A stretch of 64,000 bases of DNA from Utricularia gibba (GCA_002189035.1 NEEC01000009.1:248001-312000); one strand, 5' to 3'. Shown: positions 48,230 through 62,287, counted from the stretch's first letter. A program made the numbers and translations. Notes: generated by a model from the letters alone, not told the origin.

Positions 48230-49717
48230 TCAAAATCTGACAGCAGTCGTCCATGTTCCCTGAACACTTGGATTTTTTGTAACATGCCTTGTTCGAAGCT
48301 TGACAACTTTCCTTCCTTGGGAGTTCCTTAACCTCGTGGCGCATCCGAGTATGTCCTCAGGGGTCATGTTCCTCACGCATACTACACGCTCATTCTTGTT
48401 TTCTGAATGGTCAAAGATAGCAAGTGTACTGATGAATCAGGAGGACAAGGTGTGACTGCCCAAGAACATGCTAGCATCATGCAACAATTATACACTGCAG
48501 CATGCCAGCATCGTCATACGAATGTACAAAATGGAGCAAGGACCGAGAAACCACGAAGGTGTGGTTGGGCTTTCCCAGAAGCCTATCTGTTTTTCAGCAA
48601 GTCGGATTTCGAAAATAATGATTCACCTTTACCAACAAGAGATACTTTTGAGGGGGTGGGGGGGTAGGGGGAGAGAGAACATTAGCAGGCTACCATGTTC
48701 ACAGTAACCAAAGATAATATGGAAGTTAATTTTCAAAGGGATTGCCAGCAGAAACGAGAGCATGAAACTTAAGTTCAGATAAAAGAGAGGGAAATGGGAT
48801 CTCACGATATAATCCTTTCAAGAAAGGGTGGTAACCACGGTTTAGCTCAGTAACCACTTCGAGCTGGGGGTTCTTCTTTATGAATTCTGGCATCTGAGAC
48901 TCCATGAATCCTCTAAACAAAGTAGATCAGTTATTGGTTCAACAGATAAACGTAATAGCATCATGTTTTACATGCGGTCTCAAGTATGAAGCTGCACATA
49001 GTAAGATTCAATAAAACTAGCTTAAGCATAACTTGAAAGTTAATATGCAAGACATTTCCTAGTCACTATCCATTCACCATCCACTTTTTAAAACTTAAGT
49101 TTCATCATGAAAAAGTGGCCTTTTCATTGACTCTTAATTCGACATTGAAGGACCAAACATAGTTCAGTCGCAGGAAGAAAGCACAATAGATGAAAAACTC
49201 TTGTACCACAGAACCTAATGGAAAAATCAATCAATGGAGTATCAAAACCTAATGGAAAAATCAAATGACCTTGTTTAAGGGATTTTCAATTGGATATTCA
49301 GATTTCTATTGAACATGCACTCTCCACCGCTCGAAAAAGAAAAGGATTTGGCTACCGGATACAAGCATGCTTGGCTATTTGTGAACATTTTTTCAACGAA
49401 ATGCACAGATCCGTTGCAAAGTATATGAGGAAAAATCCCAGATTTTGGTGTCAAATATCTGGATTGCTCATAAATTCATCACAATCCCATTCTTTGATTA
49501 CCAGACGAGAACCTAAATTCGATTCTTATATTCCTCTAACAAAGCCCGGAGGGTTTGAACCACAAAGAATAAAGCGAGAGGTACAAGGAACAGTATCCTT
49601 CTATAGAAACGAATAAATATCACAAAAACATCCTCACCTTATTCCCTTGCTACTCCCTCCCCAATCACAGAAGCTAACGATAAGCTTCTTCAATTGCCAA
49701 ACGCCTTTCAGCGACAT
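48230..49717 (-). CDS. MRPL43: Mitochondrial ribosomal protein L43 (L51/S25/CI-B8 family), 3 exons
   Basis: MSLKGVWQLKKLIVSFCDWGGSSKGIR, NPQLEV, HPFLKG, NKNERVVCVRNM and SVQGTWTT. Confidence 0.92.
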
Positions 49718-52700
49718 GTTCCGCACGATGCCGGAGAGAAAAAACGGATGCCAGAGGGCGGAATCACAAAGATAGGGCTGGCTCTGAACTGCAGTCATAA
49801 AATGGTGTTGAGATGTGCGGATTTGAACTAATTTAGCGTGATTATAAAACGATTTAGAAATTATTACTACTATATTAGTTTACATATATTAATAAAATAA
49901 ATTGAATATATTAAAATAAAAACTCATTGATTATATTAAATAAATATTCATAAATATAAATACATGTATTAAAATTCATTAGAATACAACGTATTGATAA
50001 ACAAACATACATTCTTTTCAAAACTAAAACTGCGATAGAATACATAAAAATGCCCAATGAAACAAATCCACATTAAATTCCTAATAATCAAGCTTGCTAT
50101 TAACGTCGTGCAACTCTAGAATAAATAATGATTTCATGTATTTGATCTCTAATAGCATTCATATGTCAATCATGGATTAGTTCATATGATCTAACTTTGA
50201 TACATCTCGTCACACAATCAAGCCAATCTTGATACATTTGATCTTAAATTTTAAAAACATACAACTATTTATTTTTTTATAAAAAAATTTCAATACCTGA
50301 AAATGAAATGTATTTTCAAACTTGGCACTACTAGTCCCATTTAATACATCAATGCATTGATCTGTTTGATTTACTTCAACATCAGAAGTGATAAATTTGT
50401 CCAATTTTTATGCTAAATTTTACAAGCATTCAAACTCAACCTCATTTCTTTTCATCTTACCTCTAGGTATTTGTTTTTTTAGATATCTATTTTGTAAATA
50501 CATTTTAGGAGAGTCAATCATTGCATCATTTTGTTGACACCTGATACACAAAAATTTCAAATCATTGAAATATGAATTTACAAATCAAAAGAAAATATTT
50601 GGTGCTTTAGGGTCAAATTCAAAAAGCTTAGTGTTTACTATGTAAAAGTTTGTACATTCTGATTTTACAATTGATTCTAAATCTTAACTAAAACTAATAG
50701 AACCTAAACAACAATGATAAAGATAAGATAAAACGATAGAATTACTCAAATACCAATTTAAACAATACAAATGCAATGCTTCAGTTTTCTAGCGGTGAGA
50801 TGCTCATTCAATTCAGTAGTCTTAATTTGAATTTTCTAAAGCACCTTATATTTAAGTTTATCATTTCATAAATTTATTAAGATTCCAATTTTATTGATCT
50901 CTGCTCCAAAAAAATCATCCATGTAACTATATCCATAATCCATTAATCTACTTCTAAATTGAGTTTCCTAAACAATTTATATTTTTTATTTCCTTCCTGA
51001 ATCTATCATGTGTTGTTTAAGATTTACATTATTACATTATCATTTTCAAACCTAAACTAAAATGAGCATTCCTCCCCTTTTCTCAAGCTATCACTTGTAA
51101 TTTAGGTATTTATACTCAATATAGATAAACTAACTGCATAAAATGATAGTAAAAGCATTTCCGTTTTCACACTGATAAATAGAAAATAATCAGGAATAAC
51201 GCAAAGGTAGGATTAGTAGATTTTTGAATGTGTTTTTAAGAATGCATGTTTTTTTTAAAATATTTATAATTAAAGATTAATGATGGTCATTAATAAAGGA
51301 AAAATATGATGAATTTAATGCAATATACTTTAGACAATAGATGCAAACATCAATAGAGTGCATTCGATGTATGAACCATAAATTGATTCATTTAGTGGAC
51401 AACTTTGATTCTACATTGACTCTATTTTACATAACTTTTAAATTATCTTACTTAATTTATAAGTTATTTAAATTTTGTAGATGTGTTTTATGTTCTAATT
51501 ATAAATTATTTTAAGTCATTTATAAGAAAATTTTAAAAATAATAATCTACATATTTGCATATTTAAATTAAATACATTGGAGAAATAATCAAAATACTTA
51601 TATTTATTATATAATACATTTTTCAATTCAAATAAATTATTTTATATTTGGCAACGGTTCACTCCTCCACCAACCCCCTTTTTGTAGATTTTAAACGTTT
51701 TCTTCACTATAATTTTTGTTAGGATTCCATTGAAGTTCATCCATTTTAAATAGCAACAATTTTTTTAAAAAAATCAGATGATTCTGACAATGAATTCTCT
51801 GTTGTAAATCGAAAAGTTACTATTCGGATTATTAGTAGCAATTGTAAATTTATTGAACGTCTTGTTTCTTCGTAATGTCTATTGAGATGGAGAAGTTAGG
51901 TATAGAATGATTAAGAAACATTTTGGGTAGTAATTGGATATGCTCTTATTAATTACTTAGAATGACTCACAATATTTTCTTTTATTTTTGTGTCATACTT
52001 AACAACAAAAATGGCGTGATCTTGTGTCAACCTATCACTGTTAAAGAACAAGTTGCAATATTTTTAGTGACAATGAGACTTAAAATGAAAATCAATAACT
52101 AAAATAATGGCTTTAGAGAGCTGGCACACTACAAGCAAGAATTTTTATAATATCCCTTATGCATGTGCTTTATGCATGGATATCCTCTGTTTTTTGTACA
52201 ACTTTATTCATTTGTGCTTTGTTCCAATTTTTTGTTGTATTATTGAAAAAATTTTCTATTTTCGAGTGTTATAGGATATGAAGATGATCATTCAAGGGGT
52301 TGACAACTTCTAACCACCGTTGATCTTGAGCCACATAAGATGTTGATCACGTGGTTGTCTATTGATATCAGAGTTTGACTTGCTTCTAAATGAGAGCTTT
52401 AGACAATAGTTTGTGAATCAACTTCTGTTTCATTTGAGCAAGTTTGTGAGAGATATGTTACTTCCTGTCCAACTTATATTTTCATTTGATGTATTTATAT
52501 TAGATGATATAAATCGTACTATTGGAGGTGTCGGAAATAAGTTACACAAATCTGTTGCATATATGATTACTCTATTTCAATTTTCTGCTTTTTCTTTCAA
52601 TAAACACTATGTTTCAACTGATGATGACTTTCTTATCTTCAAGTATCCATATTTTGTAGACTTTAGAGTTTGATGCATGATAACACATATTTTTGAGTGT

Positions 52701-53499
52701 TTAAAAATAGAAAAATAATTAATATTTTGTTATAAAACTTAAATTTTATTGTATATTTCTGTATTTTTTTAACTAGCATCTATGATTTACTCTCAATTTT
52801 AGTTTTAATTATTCTCTTGAGTAATACAATACGTTTTAATAAAAATACTACTTCTAGTTTGGAGTAGTTTTAGCTTTACGTGCAAACTATTTACGATTTC
52901 TTTTTTTTGTTATTGTTTATTTTAGATTGTTCAACTCTAAAACATGGATAATGTTTATGTTATGTTATGTGTGTGTTTTTTTTTCCTTTGTCATAAATAG
53001 TTAAACACCTAGTGGTGCCATAGGACAAAAAGGGAGAGATATGTTTGTTGTTTATTAAATCACACTAACCACACAATCACACTCTTTTCTTAACAAATCA
53101 GGATAGATACAACAAGGGAAAATAGTGACAAGTTCATCATAGGCCAACCTTAATTAGAGGTACATTAAAAATTAGGAGAAAACAAAGGTTTAGGTAGATG
53201 CGATTTTAGGATGAGGTGGGATGATGAAAATGATGATAATGTTACTCCTTGAAGTCCCGAAGCATCACTTTCTTCTATTTTAGATAAATATATGATTTTT
53301 CTATTTATTACTTTTCTGCATATAATTGTGAGACTACTAGTCCTAACTTAGACTAAATATTTCAAATATAAAAAAAACAATATGTATCAAACTTTACATG
53401 ATAAGCACTTAACTCCTTAAGTTTGTCTCTGATCCATTATATTCATATTTTTTGTATGATTGGTTGTGAATTAGATTTATAAATTTTATTTGATAGTAG

Positions 53500-55800
53500 A
53501 ATTTACAATTTACAATGACTTGCATAATTTTCGTTTATCATTGCATATTCTATAGATACTCCCATTTTGCTTTTGTTATCAAACTTAATGGAAAGTGTGT
53601 ATGGAACCTGTACAAAACATATGCATCCAAATAACTTCAAATGGTTAACTATTGGAACTTGATTCATCCATAATTCATATCGTATCTTGTATTCTTTAGT
53701 TCCTTATGTAGATAATTTATTTAACTAATATACAACAGTATGGACGGCTTCCCAACAAAAGAATTTTGGTAAGTTTCCTTATGATAATAAACATGACATA
53801 TCCATAATTTTTTGGTGGTTTCTTTTATAGATTCTATTTGTTGAGAAGTATAAGAGTCAATAAATTTATATTCAATTCCAGGCTCATGATATAAAATTTA
53901 TAGTTAATGTGGTATATATTCTCTACCATTGTTTGATATCAAATCCTTTATTTTATTTCTATTTTGATTTTCAATTAATACCTTAAAATCTATGAAACAT
54001 TTACTAACTTCTACTCATGATTTGAGGAAGTAAACTCAAACATATTTTGAGAATTCATCGATAAACAACATAAAATATCAATTCCCAGCTTGTGGCACTA
54101 GTATAATTTGGTCATATACATATAAACAAATCACTTCTAATGCCTATTGTGTTGCCCAAATACTCTTTGCAAATGGAGGCCTAGATATTTTTTTGAGTTA
54201 AACAAATCTCACAACAACCCCCATCTTGTTATAGTTTTTGAACTTCATTAATCAATTTCTTTTTTAGTAATGACATTTGGTTGTGATGTCTAAATCTTCC
54301 AAGGTAGATTATCATATTTTTCTTTGCTTGTGTAGATAGAGATATAGTTGTAATATTTTATATTTTGTTGAGAAAGTTAATAAAAAATACATTATTTACC
54401 ATGAGGATATTCAGAATTTATTTTTCTATAGGACTACTGATATGACATGTATTATCATAAAAGTGAATATCACAGTTTTTTCTTGAGGAGCTTACCTAAA
54501 CTTAATAAATTGTGTGAAGCGGCTGATATATGAAACACATTCTTGACGAGGATATATTTTGTTGTAGTTTTTAGTCTTACACTGTCTCTTTCAATGACTG
54601 TGATGTAAGTTCCACTTGCTATTTCTATTTATGTGAAGGTCGTTATATAACTAATGAAGACTTGTTTGTCATTAACAATGAGATTTGTGTTTCCACTATC
54701 CAATTGTCATACCCAATTACTTATGTACTTTAGTGCAAAGAATAGTGTGGTTCAGCAAAATGAATAAATATTCATGATGTCTTTTTCATTTAAAACATGT
54801 TGTGATATATCATTTTGGGTATTGTCAAGGAGTATGAAGTGAATGTGATATTGATTCCTCCTTTTACTTCTATTTGTCTATGTTTCATCATTTATTGCAT
54901 GACTTTTCATTTCAATGGATAGATTCTTTCATGGTATCTTTTTTACTTCACAAGTGAAATAATTTATCTAGATACCAAAATCAATCATCTGATACATATT
55001 TCTATAGCTTGTGATAAGGGTATGGAGTATGTAACCTAGATATATACGTTCCTAGTTTGCTCATGACTCCATGAGATTTTCTCATTTGAGAGTTTGATTC
55101 TCTTTAATTTGGTGGTTTGTAAAAATTTTTTTATGAAGATGCATTTTCTTCAAATGTTTGAGCATATGTTTTTGATCTCCATTCACTTTAATTTTTGAAG
55201 ATTTAGCATGGATCAATTTTCTAGGTGATGAATATGAAGGAAATTTAATTCTAATTCATAGCAAAGAGATAGCATATGGATGATAATGTCTTTAAGTCAA
55301 TCTTCTTAGAACTTAAATTCTAATAGTCACATTTTGCAAACACCTACAATGATAAGCTTAGTCAATTAATCAGAAGAGCTTACCATTTGATCATTAAGTG
55401 TGCACCAAATATCAACAATTTGAACGGCTTTTCTTTCAAGAGTCCCTATGTAAGTGTCTTCCAATACTTTCCATGATTCTTTGAAAGTTTTGCATTCTAG
55501 AATATGTTCAAATACTTTGTGGGTTACAGCTTGATTTAAAATATCATGAACTTTTTTTTTTCATTCTTTTTGGAGGCAATGAGAACCTCTACATTTGTTT
55601 GTTCTGGAGATTTTATGGTGAAACAACAAGGCAAATCAAGTTCATTGAAGTAATCTATCATTTTTTTTGACCATGTAAGAAACATGATGGACTCCCTTCG
55701 ATCAAAGATTGGAGTCACAGAATTTTGGACTACCATGTGAGTCGAAAATATAGAGAAAACAATGTACAAGATGGAGGATTTGAAGTAGCAGAAATTCAAA
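53500..55800 (-). mobile_element. Possible highly degenerate LINE (L1-like) remnant
   Basis: Only scattered, frameshifted hints on the minus strand: YLFA(DD)-like, YLG, IYLWK-like, CEIC and AKSIW (zf-RVT-like). No continuous ORF. Confidence 0.25.
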
Positions 55801-55902
55801 AATAGAGCATGTACATGAGTCGTTTATGTTGAGTTCACTATGAAGAATTCAATCAAATACTTCAAGTATTGAGTCCTTAGACTCCGTTGCTTGGTAAGCG
55901 AA

Positions 55903-55920
55903 ATATATATATATATATAT
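55903..55920. repeat. (AT)9 microsatellite
   Basis: Direct reading of the sequence. Confidence 0.85.
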
Positions 55921-58489
55921 TTATTTATTTAAATATGTATATATGAAATAGACAAAAAGCTATGTGAATCAATTAGATCTTTTTTTTTTTTGAAAAAAAG
56001 AGTTGTGTATTGGATATCAAGAATGCTTAATATTTATAGAAGAGCACTTTATCTTTTAACTATTGTAAGCTTATGTAGATAATTGTTGTATCAAATCTAT
56101 TACTAGCCATTGCATAATTATAAATTTTCTTATCAGTTATCTTTTTCTTCAATATAGTTTATAACCAATTCTTAAAACTTGATTAGTCGATGTAGATGGC
56201 TTGTAATTTTCCTATCAATGAAATATATCAATATATTATATAGGCGTTAACAATTAGTTACAAGGTGCTATTTAGTTATTTGTTAATCTAATGAGCATTG
56301 ATTGTACATATAGATGAGTTATTATTTATATACTTCATGGAATTTTTTTGTAGATATATATTTATTTTTTTGATACAAGAAAATCTTTCTTTTTTATTCT
56401 TTTGAGTTCAAGACATGAAATATAAAGGATTGTCATTACATCATGATCTATCTAGCCAAACATGTGGTGGTTTCTTGCCTCGTTTACTATGAGATATGTA
56501 AAATAGAGCAAAATGTGACCTTGAACTTTAATTTCTTTTTCAAAATTCTTAGAAGTGTAAGAGGTGTATGTTTCAAGAGAGAGATTCCAGAATTGTTTTA
56601 GACAATTGAGATTATATGTTAGTGATTTTGAGAATGTGGAGAAGGGTATAAAGATCTAAAAGTTGCATATTCATGTAGTTTTCTATAATAATTTTTTTGA
56701 AGCTGTTGGCTTGGCAACATCTTCTGCTGGTTTGGCTTATCTAAGTAATCTTTATTTATGAGAAAAACAATAGTTGTCTTTAGATTCTCTAAAAAAATTT
56801 ATCATACAATATATTCTCATCAAGCTGATGACAAGATGCTGGTAAGCTGACCTCAGGTATGTGTTTGAATTTATATTGATCATGGCTTGTTTCTACAGTT
56901 TTCGCTCTTGCTAAGCTAATAAACATGAAAGAGGATCATAGCACGTTCTATACTATTGTAAGGTAATTTTACAAGGAAAAAAAAATTCTTTTGTCCGTAT
57001 GGCTCTTTAGTGTGCTCGTCATGTTGAATTAAGCTAAAAATGTAGCCATAATGTAAACCATATCACTGTTTAGGAAATGCTACTTGTTAAGTATCTTTTT
57101 CTACATGTATTATTATATGTTAATTTAGGATTAAGTCACTTAAATAGGAGTTATATTGATAAATATTTTATTTTATTAAAAAAAATTCTATTTTCATTAT
57201 TTGTCCTTATTTTTCTTGTCTTATTTGTGTATTTTCACTCAAAGTTGCAAGAGGTAGTCTTGAAGTGTAGTAGGAGATTTACAAGGGACCATACACTAAT
57301 ATTTTGTAACTTGTATGTGAAATAAATCAATCATGGGTGGAAGACTGACATTAGTCAGGGTTCTTGATTTATGACATGTCAGAATCTACAATAATAATTG
57401 GACGCTTGCACGAATGGTAAAGATGGGTGCGCAAGCAAGACATAAAGAATGATGGAAGGAGAGCATAGTAAATTAATGCATGTGGAAGTAACTTAAAAGA
57501 AACTTGAAATAATTTGGATGAAGACCTTTTTTCACTTTGTTTTCACACTTGTACTTGTTCTTCCTCTCCAAAGAACAATTTAGTTTTCTGCTTTTCATGG
57601 TCATTCGTGGTTAAACCTTTTTAGTTTTTGAGAATAGATGAAATTTACTTCTACATCTTGAGCATCAATCTTGGTTCTTTACTGAATTTCTTCTGGATTT
57701 TGAATATTTTCACACATCATGTTATAGTATTTCTGTAACATTTCCTACTAACGGTCCATGAGTAGCAAGCTACTCCTTGCAAATTTTGATGAAGAGCAAG
57801 ATGAAGAACATCATTTTCAATCATATTGGTTGGAGGGAAATAGCGAAATGTTTGTGATTAGGATTCTGTGATAATGGATGGGTAGTAGCCTTGTACTCAT
57901 CATTGGTCATTGGAAACAACTGGACACACACTTAGAATTCGGTTTTGAGGGCAATCGACGACAATCCTCTTGTCATCTCAATTGTCCAATGTGGAATAAC
58001 ATGAAGCTATTTCCATGTCTGCTTATCAATCAGAGTATAAGGAAGAGTGGATTATTCCTTGCTCCTATAAATAATTATTTGGAAGGAATTAGTGAAAGTC
58101 GACATGAGGATAGACAAAAGGAGAAAACAAAATCAATTTCCCAATAAGTGCTTCCCTTAGCCAAAGTCTATTACTTACGTTATATCTTTTGTTTTCGTAT
58201 TTCAAAAACTTCTTTATATAAGCCCATGAAAATTTGTAAAAGTTTAGTACAAAACATTTTTCACAAAACTCAATTCCCTGATATCGTTACTCGTACTACA
58301 TTTTATTTTAATTCTATATTTTGTGTATTAAAATTTATTGAGGAAATGTTATGCAATACCACTCTAGACCAAATGAGCCAAAAGATGCTAGCTTGTAAGG
58401 TACTCTTGGGCATGGTCTCCTCCCTTGCCCATGACATAAATTTTGATATTCTATATAATACTTTGGATGCGTTATTATAACATGGCATT

Positions 58490-59749
58490 TATGTTTCTAT
58501 TGTGGGAAGAAGGGTCACCTACACAAAGATTGTCATGGCTATCAACAAGCTTCACAAGAGAAAGGAAAACAGTGGAAGACCAAACAGCAGGTAGAGAACA
58601 ATACCTATGCATATTTGAGTAATGTTGATGATGATCTTCTTGTGTTGCTAGCTATAGAAGCAGTAGAAACAGGTCTCTTTAATTCCTGATTTGTGGATTC
58701 TGCGGCATCCTTTCATGCGACTTCTCACAAGACTGGTATGTTGAACTATGAAGTGTGTCATGCTAGCACTGTAAAGATAGGAAACCAATCAATTTCAGAA
58801 ATTGTTGGTATTGATGATCTTATAGTTACTACAAATATGGGAATCCAGCTAAAGTTGCAGGGGGTGCATCAAATCCCTCCTTTGCAGGTCAACTTACTCT
58901 CTGCAGGAGAATTAGATGTAGCAGGATATCATCATAGTTTGGGATCACAAGTATGGAAGCTTATAAGGGGTTCTATGATTGTTGCCAAAGGAACAATGGA
59001 AGTGAGGTTGTACAAGACCGAGTTGAAACAAGGCTTCATGGAGATACATACCATTACTGGTAAAGGTGAGTCTTACACTCTTTGACATAAACGATTGGGT
59101 CATCTATTAGAAGCTAGAGTTATTTAGTTGTCCAAAGATGACTTGATATATTTATCTGGTGCACCCTCTGCATGTGAGCACTGTATATATGGGAAGCAAC
59201 ACAAGATTGCATTCAAGTCATATATGCATAGGAGTAAAGAGAAGTTGGACATTGTATTCTCAAATGTTGGAGGTCCTGTAAATATTCCCACAGCTGGTGG
59301 GATGAGACACTACTTGACCTTTGTAGATGATGCAATGCGAAAGACTTGGGTTTATCTGGTGAAGAGGAAATCAGAAGTCTTTGAATGCTTCAAAGTGTTT
59401 CATACGATGGTGGAAAGAGAGACCAGTTTGAAGCTGAAATGCTTCTGGATGAACAATGTAGGAGAGTATTATAGTGAAGAGATCAAGAGATATTGTCAAG
59501 AGCTTGGTATTAAGAAGGTTGCTACAGAACTTGGAATGCCTCAAAATAATCCAATTGCTGAAAGGCTAAACTGAAACTTGTTTGATAAGGTAAGGTGTAT
59601 GTTGAAGGGAGCAGTCTTACCTAGAAAGTTTTGGGGTGAGGCATTAAAGACTGTATTTTACTTATCTAATAGGAGTCCTAAGAAAGCTTTGAAGCATGGT
59701 GTGCCAGAAGAAAAATGGAAAGGCATACCACTTAGCTTGAAGCATCTAC
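58490..59749 (+). mobile_element. Truncated Ty1/copia remnant (zinc knuckle, protease, integrase)
   Basis: CFYCGKKGHLHKDC at 58492, FVDSAASFH, FVDDAMRKTWVY, NPIAERLN and FWGEALKT; sequence breaks at LKHL(R), where the Harbinger TIR begins. Confidence 0.9.
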
Positions 59750-60195
59750 GGGCGCGTTTGGTTGCTGGGTTTAGGTGGGTTGCGGCGTGGATTTAGACAT
59801 AAACCCACGTTTGGTTCGTGGGTTTCAGGTTTGACCATAAACTGGGCGGGAACTCGTGGAGCTAGGTTTAGCTTAAACCTGGGGGGGGGTCGGTTTAGCT
59901 AAACCCAGCTTGGTGCTTCCACTTTTGCCCTTGCGTGAACCACATTTGAACGCAAATCTACAACCCAAACTTTGTGATTTGCCGGTGGTGTCGCGTCTTC
60001 TTTGGGCGCAAATAAACTAGGTCTTTCGATAAGTGTGCTTTCTGTTTTTGGTGGATTGGTCCACGATAGCACCACGCTTGTCCAACCACAGCAGCACCGC
60101 ATAGTGGGTTTTTATCTGTGACTTTCCAATTTCAGAATCCGTGTTGCCGTGTGTGTGGAATTATTTGTATTGATTTTTGCGACTGTTGAGGGGAC

Positions 60196-61517
60196 ATGGA
60201 TTCTTTCATGGAGGGTCATGTCATCTTGAGTGTAGTAGCGGCAGTTTTGGTCGAATACTTGGTGCAGATGAATGTGTTAGTATACTTACATTGGAAAAAA
60301 TATCATAGGGGACATAGGGTGAGACGCAGGTATTCACTTACGCACAACTCAAGTTGAGTATATTAGTAGGTTGGTGAGTGATGTCAACAGCGCATCCATT
60401 GAGAACTTGAGAATCAGCCGAGATGCCTTGGGTATTTTATGTAGCCTATTAGAAAATTGTTCTAGTTTAAAGGCTGGAAAATATGTAATGATTCCAGAGA
60501 TGGTTTGTATGTTTTTAGGAATATTAGGTCATAATAAAAAAATGCGGGTGCAGAAGCACGTCTACGGGAGGAGCACCGAGACTGTATCCCGGTGCTTCCA
60601 AAAGAAGTTGCATGCGGTGCTTTGCCTCCATAAGGTGCTCTTAGAGACCCCAGTAGTTGCTTGAGAACGTGCATCCAAAGGAAAGTTCAAACACTTCCAG
60701 TTTGACACATCTTTCATGCTTCTTTTTAAGAATGTATCTAACATTGATTATGCATTTGTAGGGTTGTGTTGGGCCATAGATGGTACATACATCGGTATAC
60801 GAGTTAACAAATGTGATGCTGCAAGGTACAGAAATCGAAAGGGTGTGATATCCACCAACGTGTTGGGTGTATGTGATGAACACATGAAATTTATATATAT
60901 GCTTGCTGGGTGGGAGGGGTCTGCTGCAGATAGTCGGGTGCTAAACGATGCACTCTCACGATCTAACGGCTTCCGTGTATGCCCATGTATTTCACTTGTT
61001 TAGCCCTTGCGTATGTGATTCCAATGATTTCATGCACCATGTATACGTGATGACACAGCTATGTGATAATGGATACGCCAATAGGGAGGGCTTTTTGGCA
61101 CCATACCATGGAGTCCGTAATCACTTGAAGGAGTGGGGCTAGGGAAATGGAGTACCCTAGAATGCGAAGGAGCTATTCAACATGCGGCATGCATCAGCCA
61201 AAAATGTGATTGAACGAGCTTGGGGCTTGATGAAGATACGGTGGGGTATACTATGGATGGCTAGCTACTATTCGGTAGACACACAGAATCGCATTGTATT
61301 GGTATGTGCTTTGCTCCATAACCTCATTCGAAAGGAGATGGTGGTCAATCCCCTGGAGGATGAGATCCCATTGGACTTCTAGGATGAAGCTGGGGACATG
61401 AGTGATGCAGAAGACGTCACGACATCTTCCGGTGGAAATTAGGCATGGAATAGGTGGCGTGACGAGCAAGCTGAGGGGATGTACACCGAGTGGATGGCAT
61501 CCCGCAGATGCCGCTAA
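60196..61517 (+). pseudogene. PIF/Harbinger DDE transposase pseudogene, copy 2
   Basis: ENLRISRD, AIDGTYI, RYRNRKG, YMLAGWEGSAADSRVL, CDNGY and KNVIERAWGLMKIRW; several stops and frameshifts. Confidence 0.93.
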
Positions 61518-62287
61518 TGTAGCACTGCTTTAGACATTGTGATGCTAGTGGTTTTCCTAGATTCCCTTTTGGAACCTATCGTGTCGTTTGTATTGGATTT
61601 GTTAAGTACAATTGTTTGCATTGCAACGTGAACACCTGTTTGCATCGTATTTGGTTGTTGCTGCAAATGGTGTGGAGATTGTACCGTAGTGTCATGTGTT
61701 ACCATGGGGTAACATGGTACCACATGGTGGAGCATTGGTGCCAGCACCACAATCTTTAGATGAGGTGCTGCAGAGGCTAGTACGATACCAAAGTTGTTAG
61801 CACCACCGCGTGTTTCATCCTATCCGATGCTGTCAACATTTAAGATGTAGATCAGTGTCAAGCTGATGCATATTAGCGAGGGTATTGGTAGTACAACAAT
61901 CTTGAAATTCACCAAACATCGTGATCTGTAATATGCGGTGCTTCTAAATGCTTGGGCTACGCTACGCACACTGCAGCACTGCGTGCCGCCTAATCCGGTG
62001 CTCTGCATTTTGAAAACAAATTGGCAAAAAAATACTGCAGTTATCCAGCATTAAATGCGCTGGGCAGTTGACAACCGCCCAGCGCTATTTATGCCCCCCT
62101 GCGCACACTAAAGGCGCCTGACATTGAACACTTTTCAAAACACCTTCATTAATTGCGCAGCAGCACCGCGAAAACAGATGGGTTGACAACCTCTCCACAA
62201 CAACGTCGCGATGGTAGGAACCTTTGCCTTTAGCGTTAAAAATACTTCGTTTCGGCCGTCGAGTAAGACGTCTGTTGTTTTCCGTAG

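Noticed and set aside
49212-49264. 19-bp direct repeat in an MRPL43 intron
   Set aside because: Ordinary small duplication with no TE or regulatory hallmarks.
57330-58150. LTR-like sequence upstream of the copia remnant
   Set aside because: No TG..CA ends, PBS or second copy could be identified.
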